Below are positions 25,996-26,961 of a DNA stretch of 26,961 bases, in pieces. The position numbers and the translations under genes are program-made. A model generated the notes under the pieces. It was given only the letters and a program-made list of their open reading frames with translations. It was not told the DNA's origin and made no database searches. The stretch's first letter is position 1. Each line of letters opens with the position of its first letter. This DNA is from Candidatus Micrarchaeota archaeon (GTDB lineage Archaea; Micrarchaeota; Micrarchaeia; Micrarchaeales; Micrarchaeaceae), in contig DAHWIS010000036.1 in the NCBI GenBank assembly GCA_027344745.1, forward strand, positions 1 through 26,961. Reading direction: 5' to 3'.

Positions 25996-26961
25996 ATGCA
26001 ATTTTCAGGAAAGGGTGCGGGTAAAAATCCTAAGAATGAAAGGACACGTGGCATAATAAAGAAAAGGCACATGTTGCCCATATCCGTATACATAATCAAC
26101 GATAGGATATTGAGACTCAGATCAACGCCCAGCTTTATCGATGCGCTGCTTGCCGCTTTCGCGTTCATCATTTTGGCTTTGGCATTCCCGTTTTACCCCC
26201 CGCTGCTATTAATACCGCTGATAGCAACAGTTTTCTTTGCTGGCATAAAACATCCGTTCTTGGGCATGCTTGTCCTCATGCTCTTGGCGTTCCCGATATT
26301 TGTTTATCAGATGCCGCCCATGGCGCTGATATTCCTGTTTATACTCAGTTTTTCGCTGATATATGGGTACATGCATTACAGAACGATAATGTTTGCTTAC
26401 ATAATGCTGGCGCTGGGATTCACACCGTTGGGATACATATTTGAAGTGCCTTTCATGATATTAGCGCCGTTAACAATAGGGTTCAAACGCGCGGCTTTAG
26501 TTTACCTGGTTGTTATCTTAGGAATAGCTGCGTTTTCCGGCGCCATAGGCTTGCAGAATTATGGGTATATAGCTTATATCGCCTCTTCAGCCCATGCACC
26601 CTTTGCGAACAATTATATAATACATTATATCGAACCAAACAGGCAGGTTTTGACGATAAGCAACTTTAGGTCGGGCGTTTCAACGGCATACCAGAGATTC
26701 GTAAATGGTACGGTGCTCAACAGCATACCCAATGTGCTTGGAATACTTTTCCAAAGCATGATCGAACAGCCGTTATACCTGATACAAATCATAGTAGCCA
26801 TCGGCGCAGGATTCCTGATAGAATTTTTTGCGGTAGGAAACAGATCAAGATATAGGGGCACCATGGCAGGAATGTTCGGCATCGCTTTCCCGATATCCTA
26901 CATTGCCTTATCTTACATATCCAAAGCAAACGTCAACCCCATGCTGCCGTTCGTAAGCTTC
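25996..26961 (+). CDS. Polytopic membrane protein, 3'-truncated by the window edge (322 codons visible)
   Basis: Manual translation is open from ATG 25996 to the end; basic N-terminus followed by many hydrophobic segments (ALLAAFAFIILALAFPFYPPLLLIPLI...). Absent from the ORF track because it has no stop. Confidence 0.85.
   Translation, partial: MQFSGKGAGKNPKNERTRGIIKKRHMLPISVYIINDRILRLRSTPSFIDALLAAFAFIILALAFPFYPPLLLIPLIATVFFAGIKHPFLGMLVLMLLAFPIFVYQMPPMALIFLFILSFSLIYGYMHYRTIMFAYIMLALGFTPLGYIFEVPFMILAPLTIGFKRAALVYLVVILGIAAFSGAIGLQNYGYIAYIASSAHAPFANNYIIHYIEPNRQVLTISNFRSGVSTAYQRFVNGTVLNSIPNVLGILFQSMIEQPLYLIQIIVAIGAGFLIEFFAVGNRSRYRGTMAGMFGIAFPISYIALSYISKANVNPMLPFVSF

Noticed and set aside
1-26961. 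CRISPR array, transposase or defence island
   Set aside because: No regularly spaced repeats, IS ends or defence-family motifs found on reading; coding space is accounted for by housekeeping genes

Overview
A compact archaeal chromosomal segment made almost entirely of housekeeping genes. The divergent ribosomal proteins and short intergenic gaps suggest a DPANN lineage, most plausibly Micrarchaeota; this is an inference from recalled protein families, not a search result. Gene order: pth2, a HAD hydrolase, priS, a DUF373 membrane protein with a PRC-barrel-like tail, a small hypothetical, a truncated spc-type operon (rpp29 and uS17 to uS5, including a 52-aa uS14 missed by the ORF track), a 2x[4Fe-4S] ferredoxin with a long insert, lhr plus metallophosphoesterase, a site-2 protease, mbf1-fen1, a small heat-shock protein, an unannotated 40-aa very basic ORF, a transglutaminase-like protein lacking its triad, PolX-PHP, the PolD operon (DP1-DP2), UPF0147, tRNA-Asp(GTC), intron-containing tRNA-Tyr(GTA), and a polytopic membrane protein running off the right edge. 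I see no CRISPR array, transposase, integrase or intein, and no clearly novel multi-gene system. The best leads are the hidden basic 40-aa ORF, the catalytically dead transglutaminase-like gene, the ferredoxin insert, a repeated stop-codon/SD junction geometry, and the concentration of DNA repair genes.
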